Assembly: GCA_018500015.2 (NCBI GenBank)
Contig: JAHBAR020000015.1
Location: 1-58,352, forward strand
DNA from: Candidatus Kerfeldbacteria bacterium
GTDB lineage: Bacteria > Patescibacteriota > Patescibacteriia > UBA9570 > XYC2-FULL-38-9
DNA length: 58,352 nucleotides
Direction: 5' to 3'
Below the pieces are notes generated by a model. The model saw nothing but the letters and a program-made list of their open reading frames with translations. It was not told the origin of the DNA and ran no database searches. Of this stretch, positions 49,154 to 57,762 are shown piece after piece. The translations under genes and the position numbers were made by a program. Position 1 is the stretch's first letter. The number at the start of each line of letters is the position of its first letter.

Positions 49154-50872
49154 ATGAATATACAAGAACTGATTTCTGCTGCTGTGCAGGATGTGTTAAA
49201 GAATTTGGATCTTCCAGCAATAGGTGTTGAGCTCGAACACCCTGCTGACATATCGCACGGTGATTATGCTTCAACTATCGCACTCAAAGTGGCGAAACAA
49301 GCGTGTACGCATCCGCGCGAACTTGCACAACGCATTGTTGATGAGGTGAAAAAAAATATACCATCATGGCTTGAGCGAGTTGAAGTTGCTGGCCCTGGGT
49401 TTATCAACTTCACACTCTCAAGCAGTTTTTTTGCAAGCGCAATAGGTGAGATTGATGAACAGTTTGGTCGCAATCAAAAGCTCGCTGGCAAAAAGGCCAT
49501 TGTTGAATACACCGATCCAAATCCATTTAAAGAGTTGCATATTGGCCACTTGATGAGTAATACGGTTGGTGAGTCGCTTTCGCGCGTCATTGAATGGTCG
49601 GGTGCTGAAACGATGCGCGCATGCTATCAAGGTGATGTTGGTATGCATGTCGCAAAAGCGATATGGGGTTTTCGCAGATTGGGCGAAGATACTATTCCGC
49701 GAGACACTGATGTGTCGACGCAAGTGCGCTATTTAGGCAAAGCATACGCAACTGGCGCAACAGCGTATGAAGAAGGCGGTGAACCAGAAGCACAGATGAA
49801 AGCGTTGAATGCGGCCATCTACAATCGCACTGATGTAGAGATCAATGCACTCTATGATTGGGGTCGTGATGTTAGCTTGCGCTACTTTGAAACCCAGTAC
49901 AAAGCGCTGGGTACATTTCATGATCCAGAGCATAACAAAGCGTTTAATTTTTATTTTTTCGAAAGCAATGTCGGCGTTTTAGGAAGGCAGCTCGTTGAAG
50001 AATTTTTGGCAAAAGGTGTGTTTGAAAAAAGCGATAATGCAGTGGTGTTCCCGGGTGAGAAATACGGTTTGCACACCCGCGTCTTTTTGAATTCCCAAGG
50101 TTTGCCCACATACGAAGCAAAAGAGTTAGGGCTTGCGCATGTGAAGTACGACACGTATCCATACGACATTTCTGTTGTCGTGACTGGTAACGAAATTCGA
50201 GAATATTTTAAAGTATTGATGAAAGCGTTGTCGCTCATTAATCCGACGTTACAAGAAAAAACAGTGCACGTTCCGCATGGTATGTTGCGTCTCACTACAG
50301 GCAAAATGTCGTCGCGCACAGGAAAAGTCGTGACTGCAGAAAGTTTGATTACATCCATTCGAGAGAAGGTCGGACAACACGAAGGAAGAGCTTCAGACGA
50401 AGCTACGCTCAATGACATCGCGGTCGCTGCAATCAAATACGCGGTGCTCAAGCAAGCCGCGGGTAAAGATATTATTTTTGATGCCGAACAGTCTGTATCA
50501 TTTGAAGGGGACTCGGGTCCGTATTTGCAGTATGCGTATGTGCGTTGTCAATCAATTTTACGCAAAGCTGCTGAACAAAATCTTGCGCCATTCACTCAAC
50601 TTCCGGAAGGGTGGACGACCCTTGAGCTCGAACGCATGCTCTATCAATTTCCAGAACTCGTTGAACAAGCGCTTGCAGAATACTCCTCGCACGGCATTGC
50701 AAATTATCTCATCGCTCTCGCTCGCACGTTCAGTTCATGGTATGGAAATACAAAAATTGTCGATGATAAAAATCCACACACACCCTATCGTCTCGCATTG
50801 GTACAAGCAACAGGTCAAGTTATTAAAAATGGCCTTTGGCTTTTGGGTATCAAGACACCTGAAAAAATGTAA
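49154..50872 (+). CDS. argS: Arginine-tRNA ligase
   Basis: HGDYAS, AGPGFINF, HIGH, KMSSR, SGPYLQYAYVR, PEKM end. Confidence 0.97.
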   Translation: MNIQELISAAVQDVLKNLDLPAIGVELEHPADISHGDYASTIALKVAKQACTHPRELAQRIVDEVKKNIPSWLERVEVAGPGFINFTLSSSFFASAIGEIDEQFGRNQKLAGKKAIVEYTDPNPFKELHIGHLMSNTVGESLSRVIEWSGAETMRACYQGDVGMHVAKAIWGFRRLGEDTIPRDTDVSTQVRYLGKAYATGATAYEEGGEPEAQMKALNAAIYNRTDVEINALYDWGRDVSLRYFETQYKALGTFHDPEHNKAFNFYFFESNVGVLGRQLVEEFLAKGVFEKSDNAVVFPGEKYGLHTRVFLNSQGLPTYEAKELGLAHVKYDTYPYDISVVVTGNEIREYFKVLMKALSLINPTLQEKTVHVPHGMLRLTTGKMSSRTGKVVTAESLITSIREKVGQHEGRASDEATLNDIAVAAIKYAVLKQAAGKDIIFDAEQSVSFEGDSGPYLQYAYVRCQSILRKAAEQNLAPFTQLPEGWTTLELERMLYQFPELVEQALAEYSSHGIANYLIALARTFSSWYGNTKIVDDKNPHTPYRLALVQATGQVIKNGLWLLGIKTPEKM

Positions 50873-50891
50873 TCCGTAGTATTTCTAGGGC

Positions 50892-50920
50892 TTTACAAAC
50901 TGTTTCCTTTCTAGTATAGT
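50892..50920 (+). promoter_or_regulatory. Sigma70 promoter for tRNA-Tyr
   Basis: TTTACA-17 nt-TATAGT. Confidence 0.6.
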
Positions 50921-50965
50921 CTGAAACCGTGACGGCACGCGCCGCCAGTACTTTATTTATATTGT

Positions 50966-51047
50966 GGGTCGATACCAAAGCGGTCAAATGGGACTGGCTG
51001 TAGACCAGTTGGCTTTGCCTTCGAAGGTTCGAATCCTTCTCGGCCCA
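50966..51047 (+). tRNA. tRNA-Tyr(GTA)
   Basis: Acceptor GGGTCGA/TCGGCCC; anticodon arm ACTGG-CTGTAGA-CCAGT; long variable arm; GAAGG-TTCGAAT-CCTTC; CCA not encoded. Confidence 0.95.
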
Positions 51048-51091
51048 CGTGCGTTTTTCCTTGAACGCAAAATCTTATGGCTTAAAACGCC

Positions 51092-51249
51092 GTGGGACGA
51101 AGTTCTGCGCCTGCGCGCAGAATGAGAAGATTCGAAGCTCGGAGCGATACGCGAGTTTGTGCGATAGCACAAGGCGAGCGTCGCGAGAGCCGGGTCGAAG
51201 GCAGTGTTCGTCAGAACATTGACCGGAGACCGAATCCTTCTCGGCCCAC
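51092..51249. mobile_element. tRNA-Tyr-end-bounded hairpin element
   Basis: Ends with an exact 19-bp copy of the tRNA 3' end (CGAATCCTTCTCGGCCCAC, 51231-51249 = 51030-51048); begins with an interrupted antisense copy GTGGGACGA...GAGAAGATTCGAA. Mobility is inferred, not shown. Confidence 0.6.
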
Positions 51250-51286
51250 TCCAGAGATTTTTATTCTGGACGACCTAACCTTAGGG

Positions 51287-51481
51287 TATCCAGACATCAT
51301 ATGGTGCGCGCAATGCGCAGGTCTGGACCGGAAGGGCGCAGTGAGTCGTACTTTATGGTACGATGAACGAGCGCCTGAAGGGAAGACCAAGCCCGAAGGG
51401 TTACAAAAATGGCAGAGTGCCATGCTCTGCATGGCAGCAGGTCATTTTTGTAACAGTGTGCCACCAGATGACTTCTGGATA
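51287..51481. repeat. Structured intergenic repeat, family R3 copy 5
   Basis: Outer stem TATCCAGA/TCTGGATA; GCGCAATGCGC...CGTAC-TTTATG-GTACG...CAAGCCCGAAGGGT...ACAGTGTGCCA. Confidence 0.8.
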
Positions 51482-51482
51482 T

Positions 51483-51554
51483 GCCGGAGTAGCTCAGCGG
51501 TAGAGCAGTGGTTTTGTAAACCATTGGTCGGGGGTTCGATCCCTCTCTCCGGCT
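51483..51554 (+). tRNA. tRNA-Thr(TGT)
   Basis: GCCGGAG/CTCCGGC acceptor; GTGGT-TTTGTAA-ACCAT anticodon arm; TTCGATC T-loop. Confidence 0.95.
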
Positions 51555-51575
51555 CATAATTAATTCGCAACATCT

Positions 51576-51731
51576 ATGTCACAAGACAATCTGATTACGC
51601 TCGCATGCACAGTCTGCAAAGAGCAGAATTACCACACACACAAGAATGTGAAGAAGCTCAAAGGTCGTATGGAGATCAAGAAGCTTTGCCCAAAGTGCGG
51701 TAAGCACACCATGCACAAAGAGGATAAATAG
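51576..51731 (+). CDS. rpmG: 50S ribosomal protein L33 (Zn-binding form; too short for the ORF track)
   Basis: MSQDNLITLACTVCKEQNYHTHKNVKKLKGRMEIKKLCPKCGKHTMHKEDK. Confidence 0.95.
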   Translation: MSQDNLITLACTVCKEQNYHTHKNVKKLKGRMEIKKLCPKCGKHTMHKEDK

Positions 51732-51775
51732 TTTTTAACGCTCCAGAAATGGAGCGTTTGTGTTTTTTCTAGTCA

Positions 51776-51900
51776 CTGAGAGTGGTCGGAACTCGTTCCC
51801 GGGTAGACGGCAACGCCGCACAGCGGCCTTGCCTACGCCTCAACTGCGCAGCTTGCGCTACTTGTTTCGCGTCTACCCTTCGATTCCGACAACTACCGCA
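51776..51900. mobile_element. tRNA-Trp-end-bounded hairpin element
   Basis: On the tRNA strand: TGCGGTAGTTGTCGGAATCGAA (antisense to the tRNA 3' end) ... GGGTAGACG/CGTCTACCC stem ... CGAGTTCCGACCACTCT (sense copy). Mobility is inferred. Confidence 0.55.
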
Positions 51901-51904
51901 TACT

Positions 51905-51944
51905 TCTATAATAAAAACTCCCGGCTGGGAGTTTTTATTATAGA
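51905..51944. terminator. Bidirectional terminator hairpin after tRNA-Trp
   Basis: Perfect 18-bp arms TCTATAATAAAAACTCCC/GGGAGTTTTTATTATAGA. Confidence 0.8.
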
Positions 51945-51946
51945 TG

Positions 51947-52017
51947 CAGGGGTGGTCGGAATCGAACCGACAGTCTTCGCTCTGGAGGCGAGTGGTTTAC
52001 CGTTAACCGACACCCCT
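51947..52017 (-). tRNA. tRNA-Trp(CCA)
   Basis: AGGGGTG/CACCCCT acceptor; CTCGC-CTCCAGA-GCGAA anticodon arm; GTCGG-TTCGATT-CCGAC. Confidence 0.93.
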
Positions 52018-52213
52018 ATGTGTCGAAAAAATATACAGATTTTAAAGCATTTTGTAAAGCTTTGCATCCATGTAGCGTTGACTTTTCTGCGCATTTTGTA
52101 GTGCTCTTTGAATCCACTGCTGACGTGTCTATTTCGGTCCCCTCGCGCTTAAGTTATAATGGCTTCATAATGATATTATTATCCATATAGAATTTATTAT
52201 TTAATCACAAGAT

Positions 52214-52549
52214 ATGACAACCACAGCATCGGGACTTCAATATGAGGATACACTTGTCGGAATAGGCGCAGAAGCAAAAAAAGGCGACACAGTTGAGATG
52301 CATTACACAGGCACACTCAATAACGGGCAACAGTTCGACAGCTCTCGAGGACGCGGCACATTTTCGTTTCAAATTGGTAGCGGCATGGTGATTGCTGGTT
52401 GGGAAGAAGGTATCCCGGGAATGAAAGTTGGTGGTAAACGTACGCTCATTATTCCATCTGACCTTGGCTATGGCGATTACGGGTACCCGGGTGTTATTCC
52501 ACCAAAAGCTACGCTACACTTTGAAGTCGAGTTGATTGCGTGTTCCTAA
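52214..52549 (+). CDS. FKBP-type peptidyl-prolyl isomerase
   Basis: HYTGTL.NGQQFDSS, VIAGWEEG, GMKVGGKR.LIIP..LGYG, IPP.ATL.FEVEL. Confidence 0.96.
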   Translation: MTTTASGLQYEDTLVGIGAEAKKGDTVEMHYTGTLNNGQQFDSSRGRGTFSFQIGSGMVIAGWEEGIPGMKVGGKRTLIIPSDLGYGDYGYPGVIPPKATLHFEVELIACS

Positions 52550-52690
52550 AATGGCACGCTGTCGGTGGCAGAGCCACACGACCCTTCGGGCTTGTTCTTC
52601 AGCCTTCCGGCTCTCTCACCGTACTTCCTGTACGGCTCGGTCGCCGCAAGGCTTCCAGAACGGCGCATTGTACTTATTTTAGAAACACGC
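52538..52690. repeat. Structured intergenic repeat, family R3 copy 6 (empty at the palindrome site)
   Basis: Outer stem GCGTGTTCCTAAAAT/ATTTTAGAAACACGC; GACCCTTCGGGCTTGT; CCGTAC-TTCCT-GTACGG; GCGCATTGT. Confidence 0.82.
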
Positions 52691-52749
52691 TTTCATCTTA
52701 GCGTAACCAAAGCGTGACACATTAACGGAATCGTTTACCAAAAATAAAG

Positions 52750-54201
52750 ATGAAAATATATATTTTTTTAGTGTTTGCTGCATTCAGTTTCTTGCCGTTT
52801 GCAAAAGTAGAGGCGCTCACCAACGATATTATTTTTCCGATTATCGGCGATGTGTCGTACATTGACGATTTTAATTTGGATTCGAGTCAAGGTCGTATTC
52901 ATCACGGTATCGATATGCTTGGTGAAAAAATGATGCCTCTCGTTGCAGCTGTTTCTGGACGCATTTCATTTGTCACATGGCCTGAAGCTGATTACGGATA
53001 TTATATCAGTTTGCGCGGCGATGATGGCTATGTGTATAACTACGTCCACATCAACAACGACACACCGGGCACTGACGACGGAAATGGCGGCGGCAATTTT
53101 GCTTATGCGCCATATGTGTTTTCTGGTGCCGACGTGCACGCTGGGCAACTGATTGGCTACATGGGTGATAGTGGAAACGCCGAAGGCACTGTCGCACATC
53201 TGCACTTTGAAATGCGCGACACTGATGACAATGCGTTTAGTCCCTACGATAGCTTGCAAGCTGCAGAACATATTACCACTCCGATCACACCACTTCAGCT
53301 TGATGACGAAATTCTTCCGTTTGGAGAGTTTCAGGGAGCCGTCCGTATTGCACTGGGTAATTTTGATGAGGATGAAGATATAGAAATTGTAGCCGGCGCA
53401 GGAGCGGGCGGTGGTCCGCAAGTGGTGGTCTATGGTCAGAAAGGAAAGTTGCTTCAAAGTTTTTTCGCTTTTGATGAAACAGCGCGTACTGGTATTGATG
53501 TTGCAGCGGCAGATATAAACAACGACGGTGTTGATGAAATTATCGTAGGTAGCGGACCGGGAATGACTTCAACCGTGAATGTGATGTCGCCAGAAGGTCT
53601 CACAGTCAAATCTATTCCAGTGTACGGCGATACACCCAACACCGATGGTGTGCGCGTCGCAGCGGCTGATGTTGATGGTGATGGCATCGCAGAAATTATT
53701 ACGGTCCCAGCTTCAGGGAGCGGTACAGAAGGGCGGGTATTTAGAATCGATGGCAGTGTGTGGCACAAGTTTACGATTGCGCCGCAGCCGTGTAGCGGTG
53801 GGTTTGATGTCACCGTGCGTGCAATTGATGAGGAGCGCCGACCGCGCATTGTGACTGGTGCAGGGGAAGGGTGCGCTCCTGAAGTGCGCGTGTTCAAACG
53901 CAGCGGTAAATTTATTCGCAGTTTTTACGCTGAGGATTATAGTTTCCGTGGAGGAATTGCTGTCAGCGTTGCAAACATCGACAGCAACACATTCGCCACA
54001 GAGATCCTTGTTGCATCTACATCTGACGCAGCACCAGAATTCAAAGTGCTCAGTATGCGAGGCGCGCTCAAAGATACGCTTACTCAATTCGAAGAGTGGT
54101 GGACAGGCGGTTACGATGTTGCTGCGGCAGAAGGCGTGGCATACGTTGCCTCTGCTGGAGGTCGTAGAGCCTCGGTGCGTGAGATGAATGATGAATCCTA
54201 G
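52750..54201 (+). CDS. Secreted M23-family peptidase with C-terminal FG-GAP-like repeats
   Basis: HHGID (HxxxD), YVHIN, HLHFE; repeated VAAADINNDGVDEIIVG units; signal peptide. Confidence 0.9.
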   Translation: MKIYIFLVFAAFSFLPFAKVEALTNDIIFPIIGDVSYIDDFNLDSSQGRIHHGIDMLGEKMMPLVAAVSGRISFVTWPEADYGYYISLRGDDGYVYNYVHINNDTPGTDDGNGGGNFAYAPYVFSGADVHAGQLIGYMGDSGNAEGTVAHLHFEMRDTDDNAFSPYDSLQAAEHITTPITPLQLDDEILPFGEFQGAVRIALGNFDEDEDIEIVAGAGAGGGPQVVVYGQKGKLLQSFFAFDETARTGIDVAAADINNDGVDEIIVGSGPGMTSTVNVMSPEGLTVKSIPVYGDTPNTDGVRVAAADVDGDGIAEIITVPASGSGTEGRVFRIDGSVWHKFTIAPQPCSGGFDVTVRAIDEERRPRIVTGAGEGCAPEVRVFKRSGKFIRSFYAEDYSFRGGIAVSVANIDSNTFATEILVASTSDAAPEFKVLSMRGALKDTLTQFEEWWTGGYDVAAAEGVAYVASAGGRRASVREMNDES

Positions 54202-54351
54202 CGAAAATTGTAGAGAAGCACAGACTATTGAAGAGTTAGGTATTGCAGCACAGCGTTATGCTGAAGCATTTTTTCCTTCAGACCGTCAACAATCAACCGA
54301 AGCTGCGTAAGTCAAAGAAGTAGGACTTATTTTTTCTGTGGATAACTTTTC

Positions 54352-54382
54352 TTGACTCTGACGTTACGTTATAGTTTAACAT
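54352..54382 (+). promoter_or_regulatory. MerR-type promoter/operator
   Basis: TTGACT-19 nt-TAACAT with dyad TGACGT-T-ACGTTA in the over-long spacer, the hallmark of MerR-activated promoters. Confidence 0.8.
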
Positions 54383-54416
54383 AGGTATTGGCGGTGATCT
54401 ATTCCCGCCCATATAT

Positions 54417-55172
54417 ATGTCGTACACTGTTCAACAACTCGCTACACTTGCCGGCATCACGGTCCGCGCCTTGCATCACTACGATCAGATCGGATTGCTC
54501 AAGCCCTCGAGTGTACGCAAAAACGGATACCGAGAATACGAAAAAGCAGAGCTGCTCCGGCTGCAACAGATTTTGTTTTTTCGTGAACTCGATGTTTCGC
54601 TTCACGAAATCAAGCGCATACTCAATCGCCCAGATTTTGTGGTTGTTGATGCTTTGAGAGGGCAGCGTGTACAACTTCAAGCGCGAAAGCGACGGCTGGA
54701 ACGCTTATTGAAAACTATTGACACCACAATTACACATATGAACAAAAAAAATGAAATGAACGATTCCGAACTCTATGACGCATTCAAAGATCCTGATGTC
54801 GCTCAGTATCAAGACGAAGTCAAACAGCGATGGGGGAACACGGACGCGTACAAACAGAGCATGGTGCGCGTTTCGAAGATGACGAAGGCGGAGATGGATG
54901 CGCTCAAGAAAAACGGCAAAGCATTTATCAAGCGCTTAGGCGATGTTATGGCATCTGGCGCAGCCGTTGACTCCGAGGAAATGCAGAAGATGGTCGCCGG
55001 GTCATATAAGAATATTCAATTCTTCTACGACTGTTCCCTCGACATGTTTCGCCAACTCGGCGAAATGTATGTAGCCGATCCACGCTTTACCAAAACCTAT
55101 GACAGCGTCCGTCCAGGTCTTGCCGTTTATTACCGCGACGCCATTCGGGTGTACTGTACGCAGAATGCATAA
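54417..55172 (+). CDS. MerR family regulator with TipAS domain (Mta/TipA-like)
   Basis: TVRALHHYDQIGLLKP, LQQILFFRELD, EVKQRWGNT.AY, LGEMYVADPRF. Confidence 0.93.
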   Translation: MSYTVQQLATLAGITVRALHHYDQIGLLKPSSVRKNGYREYEKAELLRLQQILFFRELDVSLHEIKRILNRPDFVVVDALRGQRVQLQARKRRLERLLKTIDTTITHMNKKNEMNDSELYDAFKDPDVAQYQDEVKQRWGNTDAYKQSMVRVSKMTKAEMDALKKNGKAFIKRLGDVMASGAAVDSEEMQKMVAGSYKNIQFFYDCSLDMFRQLGEMYVADPRFTKTYDSVRPGLAVYYRDAIRVYCTQNA

Positions 55173-55187
55173 ATTCATTCACGTTGC

Positions 55188-55227
55188 GCCACCAAATCCG
55201 ATTTGCCACGAAATCCGATTTGGTGGC
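55188..55227. repeat. 17-bp tandem repeat with overlapping 11-bp inverted repeat
   Basis: GCCACCAAATCCGATTT then GCCACGAAATCCGATTT; GCCACCAAATC/GATTTGGTGGC. Confidence 0.75.
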
Positions 55228-55414
55228 AAAACGGATTTCCTATCACGGAATTCCATTTAAATTCAAGGTTTTTCTAAAAAATAGGGTGTTCCGATTTGGA
55301 GTACAATGGATTTTAGCACAAGAAAAAAGAAGACTCGTTGAGGTAGAGTAGTCGTCGGTGCGATAGTCGTGCTACACTGCAGCTCTTGGCCTTCCTCTCT
55401 GGTCGCATATATGT

Positions 55415-56662
55415 ATGACACAAGAAAAAGCACGCGAATACGCTCGTTTGGGGCGCAATCTATTTCTGACCGGCCCTGCAGGCTCAGGCAAAACGTATCT
55501 GCTCAATGCGGTTATTGAAGATGCAAAGTCTTCAGGCAAAAAAGTGGCGGTGACTGCTTCAACAGGCATTGCCGCGACGCACATTGGCGGCACAACCATC
55601 CATTCATGGTCCGGGATTGGAATTGCTGATAGCTTCACACCATATCAGCTCGACGCGCTGATGCAAAAAGAGCATCTGTTTAAGCGTTTTAAAAACACCG
55701 ATGTACTTATCATCGACGAAATTTCGATGTTCGATGCCGCGCGTGTCGACATGGTTGATCGTGTGATGCGTATGATTCGTGGCATTCAAGCCCCGTTTGG
55801 TGGTGTGCAGGTGATTTTTTGTGGCGACTTTTTTCAACTCCCTCCAATCACGCGCGGCAGTGCACCAGTGCGTTTTGCGTTTGAGGCCGAAGTATGGCAG
55901 CAGATGACCGACATGGTGATCTGCTATCTCGACACTGTGCATCGCCAAGACGAAAACGATCCGCTGCTGAAAATTTTGAGCGAAATGCGGTTGGGAAATT
56001 TGAGCGAAAGTGCGCTCGAAGATATTCAATCGCGCGTCGGAGAAGTGTTGCCTGATCACATTACGCCAACGCGTTTGTACACGCACAATGTCGATGTCGA
56101 TGCGCTCAACGACAAAGAGCTCGCGCAACTCTCCGGCAAGCACCAAGTATTCCACATGCAAAGCACCGGCAAAAAAGATGATGTTGCGTTGCTGAAAAAA
56201 TATTGCATGGCACCTGAAGAGTTGCATCTTAAAATCGGTGCAGCAGTGATGTGTGTAAAAAATAATCCAAAAGAAGGATATGTGAACGGTACGCTCGGTA
56301 CAGTGATTGGTTTCGGTCCTGGCTCTGTGAGTGTGCAAACAGCAGAAGGAAAAGAGATTGAAGTGTATCACGATAGTTGGGCGATTGAGCACGATGGCGT
56401 GCGCAAAGCACAAATTATGCAAATTCCTCTGCGCTTAGCATGGGCAATCACCGTGCACAAAAGCCAAGGTATGACGCTCGATGATGTTGTCGTGGATTTG
56501 TCGAAGTCGTTTACTCCAGGAATGGGCTACGTTGCACTTTCTCGTGTGCGTTCACTTTCTGGTTTGTATATTCAAGGTATCAATCAAAACGCATTGCGCG
56601 TCGATGATCGTGTTCAAAAACAAGACGCGTGGTTTCGAGAGCTTTCCAAAGCTGCTGAATAA
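55415..56662 (+). CDS. Pif1-family (SF1B) DNA helicase
   Basis: TGPAGSGKT, GGTTIHSWSGIG, IIDEISM, GDFFQLPP, PLRLAWAITVHKSQG, YVALSR. Confidence 0.93.
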   Translation: MTQEKAREYARLGRNLFLTGPAGSGKTYLLNAVIEDAKSSGKKVAVTASTGIAATHIGGTTIHSWSGIGIADSFTPYQLDALMQKEHLFKRFKNTDVLIIDEISMFDAARVDMVDRVMRMIRGIQAPFGGVQVIFCGDFFQLPPITRGSAPVRFAFEAEVWQQMTDMVICYLDTVHRQDENDPLLKILSEMRLGNLSESALEDIQSRVGEVLPDHITPTRLYTHNVDVDALNDKELAQLSGKHQVFHMQSTGKKDDVALLKKYCMAPEELHLKIGAAVMCVKNNPKEGYVNGTLGTVIGFGPGSVSVQTAEGKEIEVYHDSWAIEHDGVRKAQIMQIPLRLAWAITVHKSQGMTLDDVVVDLSKSFTPGMGYVALSRVRSLSGLYIQGINQNALRVDDRVQKQDAWFRELSKAAE

Positions 56663-56695
56663 GTAAGCGTATTTTTTCTCTGCTGCATAGAGCAG

Positions 56696-57295
56696 TTATT
56701 TTTTCTGCTGACGATTGTTGTTATACTGTTTTCTTATTTTGAGAAAAATATTCAAACAGATAATTGCAATAATTGGTCCAAGAAGATCCATGGTGAGATC
56801 GTTGCCAGTGTCCATAGCGTCGCCAAAACGGTGCGAGCCCGTATACACATCCTCAAGGTATTCTTCAATTTCGTAGAGCGCTCCGGCTGCGAGCATAATG
56901 GCAACTGCCATAAAGCTGTAGAAGCGATTACTCAGTGTTGGATATAATGCACGCAGCACATGCCAGATCCAGATAGTGACAACTGAAGGAATAAAAAAGT
57001 GCAAGTATGCGTCATAGTTGGGGAGGATGGTGTAGAGATGACAAAAGTCGCCGATTGCGTCGATGTACACAGTAAGTGGAATCAAAATCGCCATTGTAAT
57101 TGAGTGGTGGTCGTGCACACTTGACCGGCGCATGAGTTTTTCCGTGTATTCAACCGCAATCCATACAGCAACGAGTGTGATAATTAAACCAATAACAGTG
57201 AATGTTGGTTGAATCGGAAAAAGTTTCAGCCCAACACATATCTCAAAAAGCAGCAAAGCACCAAACAACGTCCTCCAAATGAGTGAAGCTTTCAT
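56696..57295 (-). CDS. Multi-TM membrane protein (DUF2238/YjdF-like)
   Basis: YDAYLHF, ALYEIEEY, DTGNDL motifs; start taken at MKASLIW. Confidence 0.65.
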   Translation of the reverse strand: MKASLIWRTLFGALLLFEICVGLKLFPIQPTFTVIGLIITLVAVWIAVEYTEKLMRRSSVHDHHSITMAILIPLTVYIDAIGDFCHLYTILPNYDAYLHFFIPSVVTIWIWHVLRALYPTLSNRFYSFMAVAIMLAAGALYEIEEYLEDVYTGSHRFGDAMDTGNDLTMDLLGPIIAIICLNIFLKIRKQYNNNRQQKK

Positions 57296-57372
57296 AGGTT
57301 GTGTATTTTCTATACAAAAAGTATAGCGTAAGGCGGGTTTTTTTGCTATGATATGTGAAGAATATAAAATAC

Positions 57373-57762
57373 ATGCGTCATATTCCAACTCCACATACGC
57401 ACACACAGCTGCAGCGCTCTGCGCCAGATTTGACTGTGCACGATGCATGGCTTCAACTTGAAAGAGTGATGAATGAGGCTGGATATGTCATTCCTCACTC
57501 ACACAGTTTACGAAAGCATGTGACTGATATTTTAAAAGAGCGCTCACGCAGACACGCGCGTACTTTTAGCTTTCGTGAGGGTTTAGATGTTGTGCACAAT
57601 GCTGTTGCGCGTCATCAATATGAAACGCTAATGCAAGCCTGCTCAGCACAAGAACAAAAACTCTTTGCCGATTTTTTTCGCGATGTGTGTAACCGCACCA
57701 TAGGCGAGCCGCTCGATAACGAGATTATTTTACTTGAGGCGAGAAAGAGGTCGTCGTCCTGA
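57373..57762 (+). CDS. Hypothetical protein
   Basis: ORF divergent from the membrane gene; its stop codon lies inside a repeat. Confidence 0.55.
   Translation: MRHIPTPHTHTQLQRSAPDLTVHDAWLQLERVMNEAGYVIPHSHSLRKHVTDILKERSRRHARTFSFREGLDVVHNAVARHQYETLMQACSAQEQKLFADFFRDVCNRTIGEPLDNEIILLEARKRSSS

Noticed and set aside
51030..51249. Prophage or genomic island integrated at tRNA-Tyr
   Set aside because: Only about 180 bp lie between the direct repeats and there is no integrase; reported instead as a small hairpin element.
51092..51559. 155-aa ORF, plus ORFs at 51760-52101, 42691-42912 and 27899-28156
   Set aside because: They run through tRNAs or GC-rich hairpin repeats, which lack stops by composition; no protein motifs.
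48051..52017. UGA recoding (genetic code 25) as in Gracilibacteria
   Set aside because: RF2 with SPF is present, conserved genes are uninterrupted under code 11, and mutY ends in TGA.
54188..54310. 40-aa ORF MMNPSENCREAQ... overlapping the M23 stop codon
   Set aside because: Too short, with no motif; cannot be supported.
42857..54345. Replication origin suggested by DnaA boxes
   Set aside because: Only two isolated perfect boxes 11 kb apart; no cluster, unwinding element or dnaA/dnaN.
55188..55227. Mini CRISPR array
   Set aside because: The units are 17 bp and abut with no spacers; no cas genes in the window.
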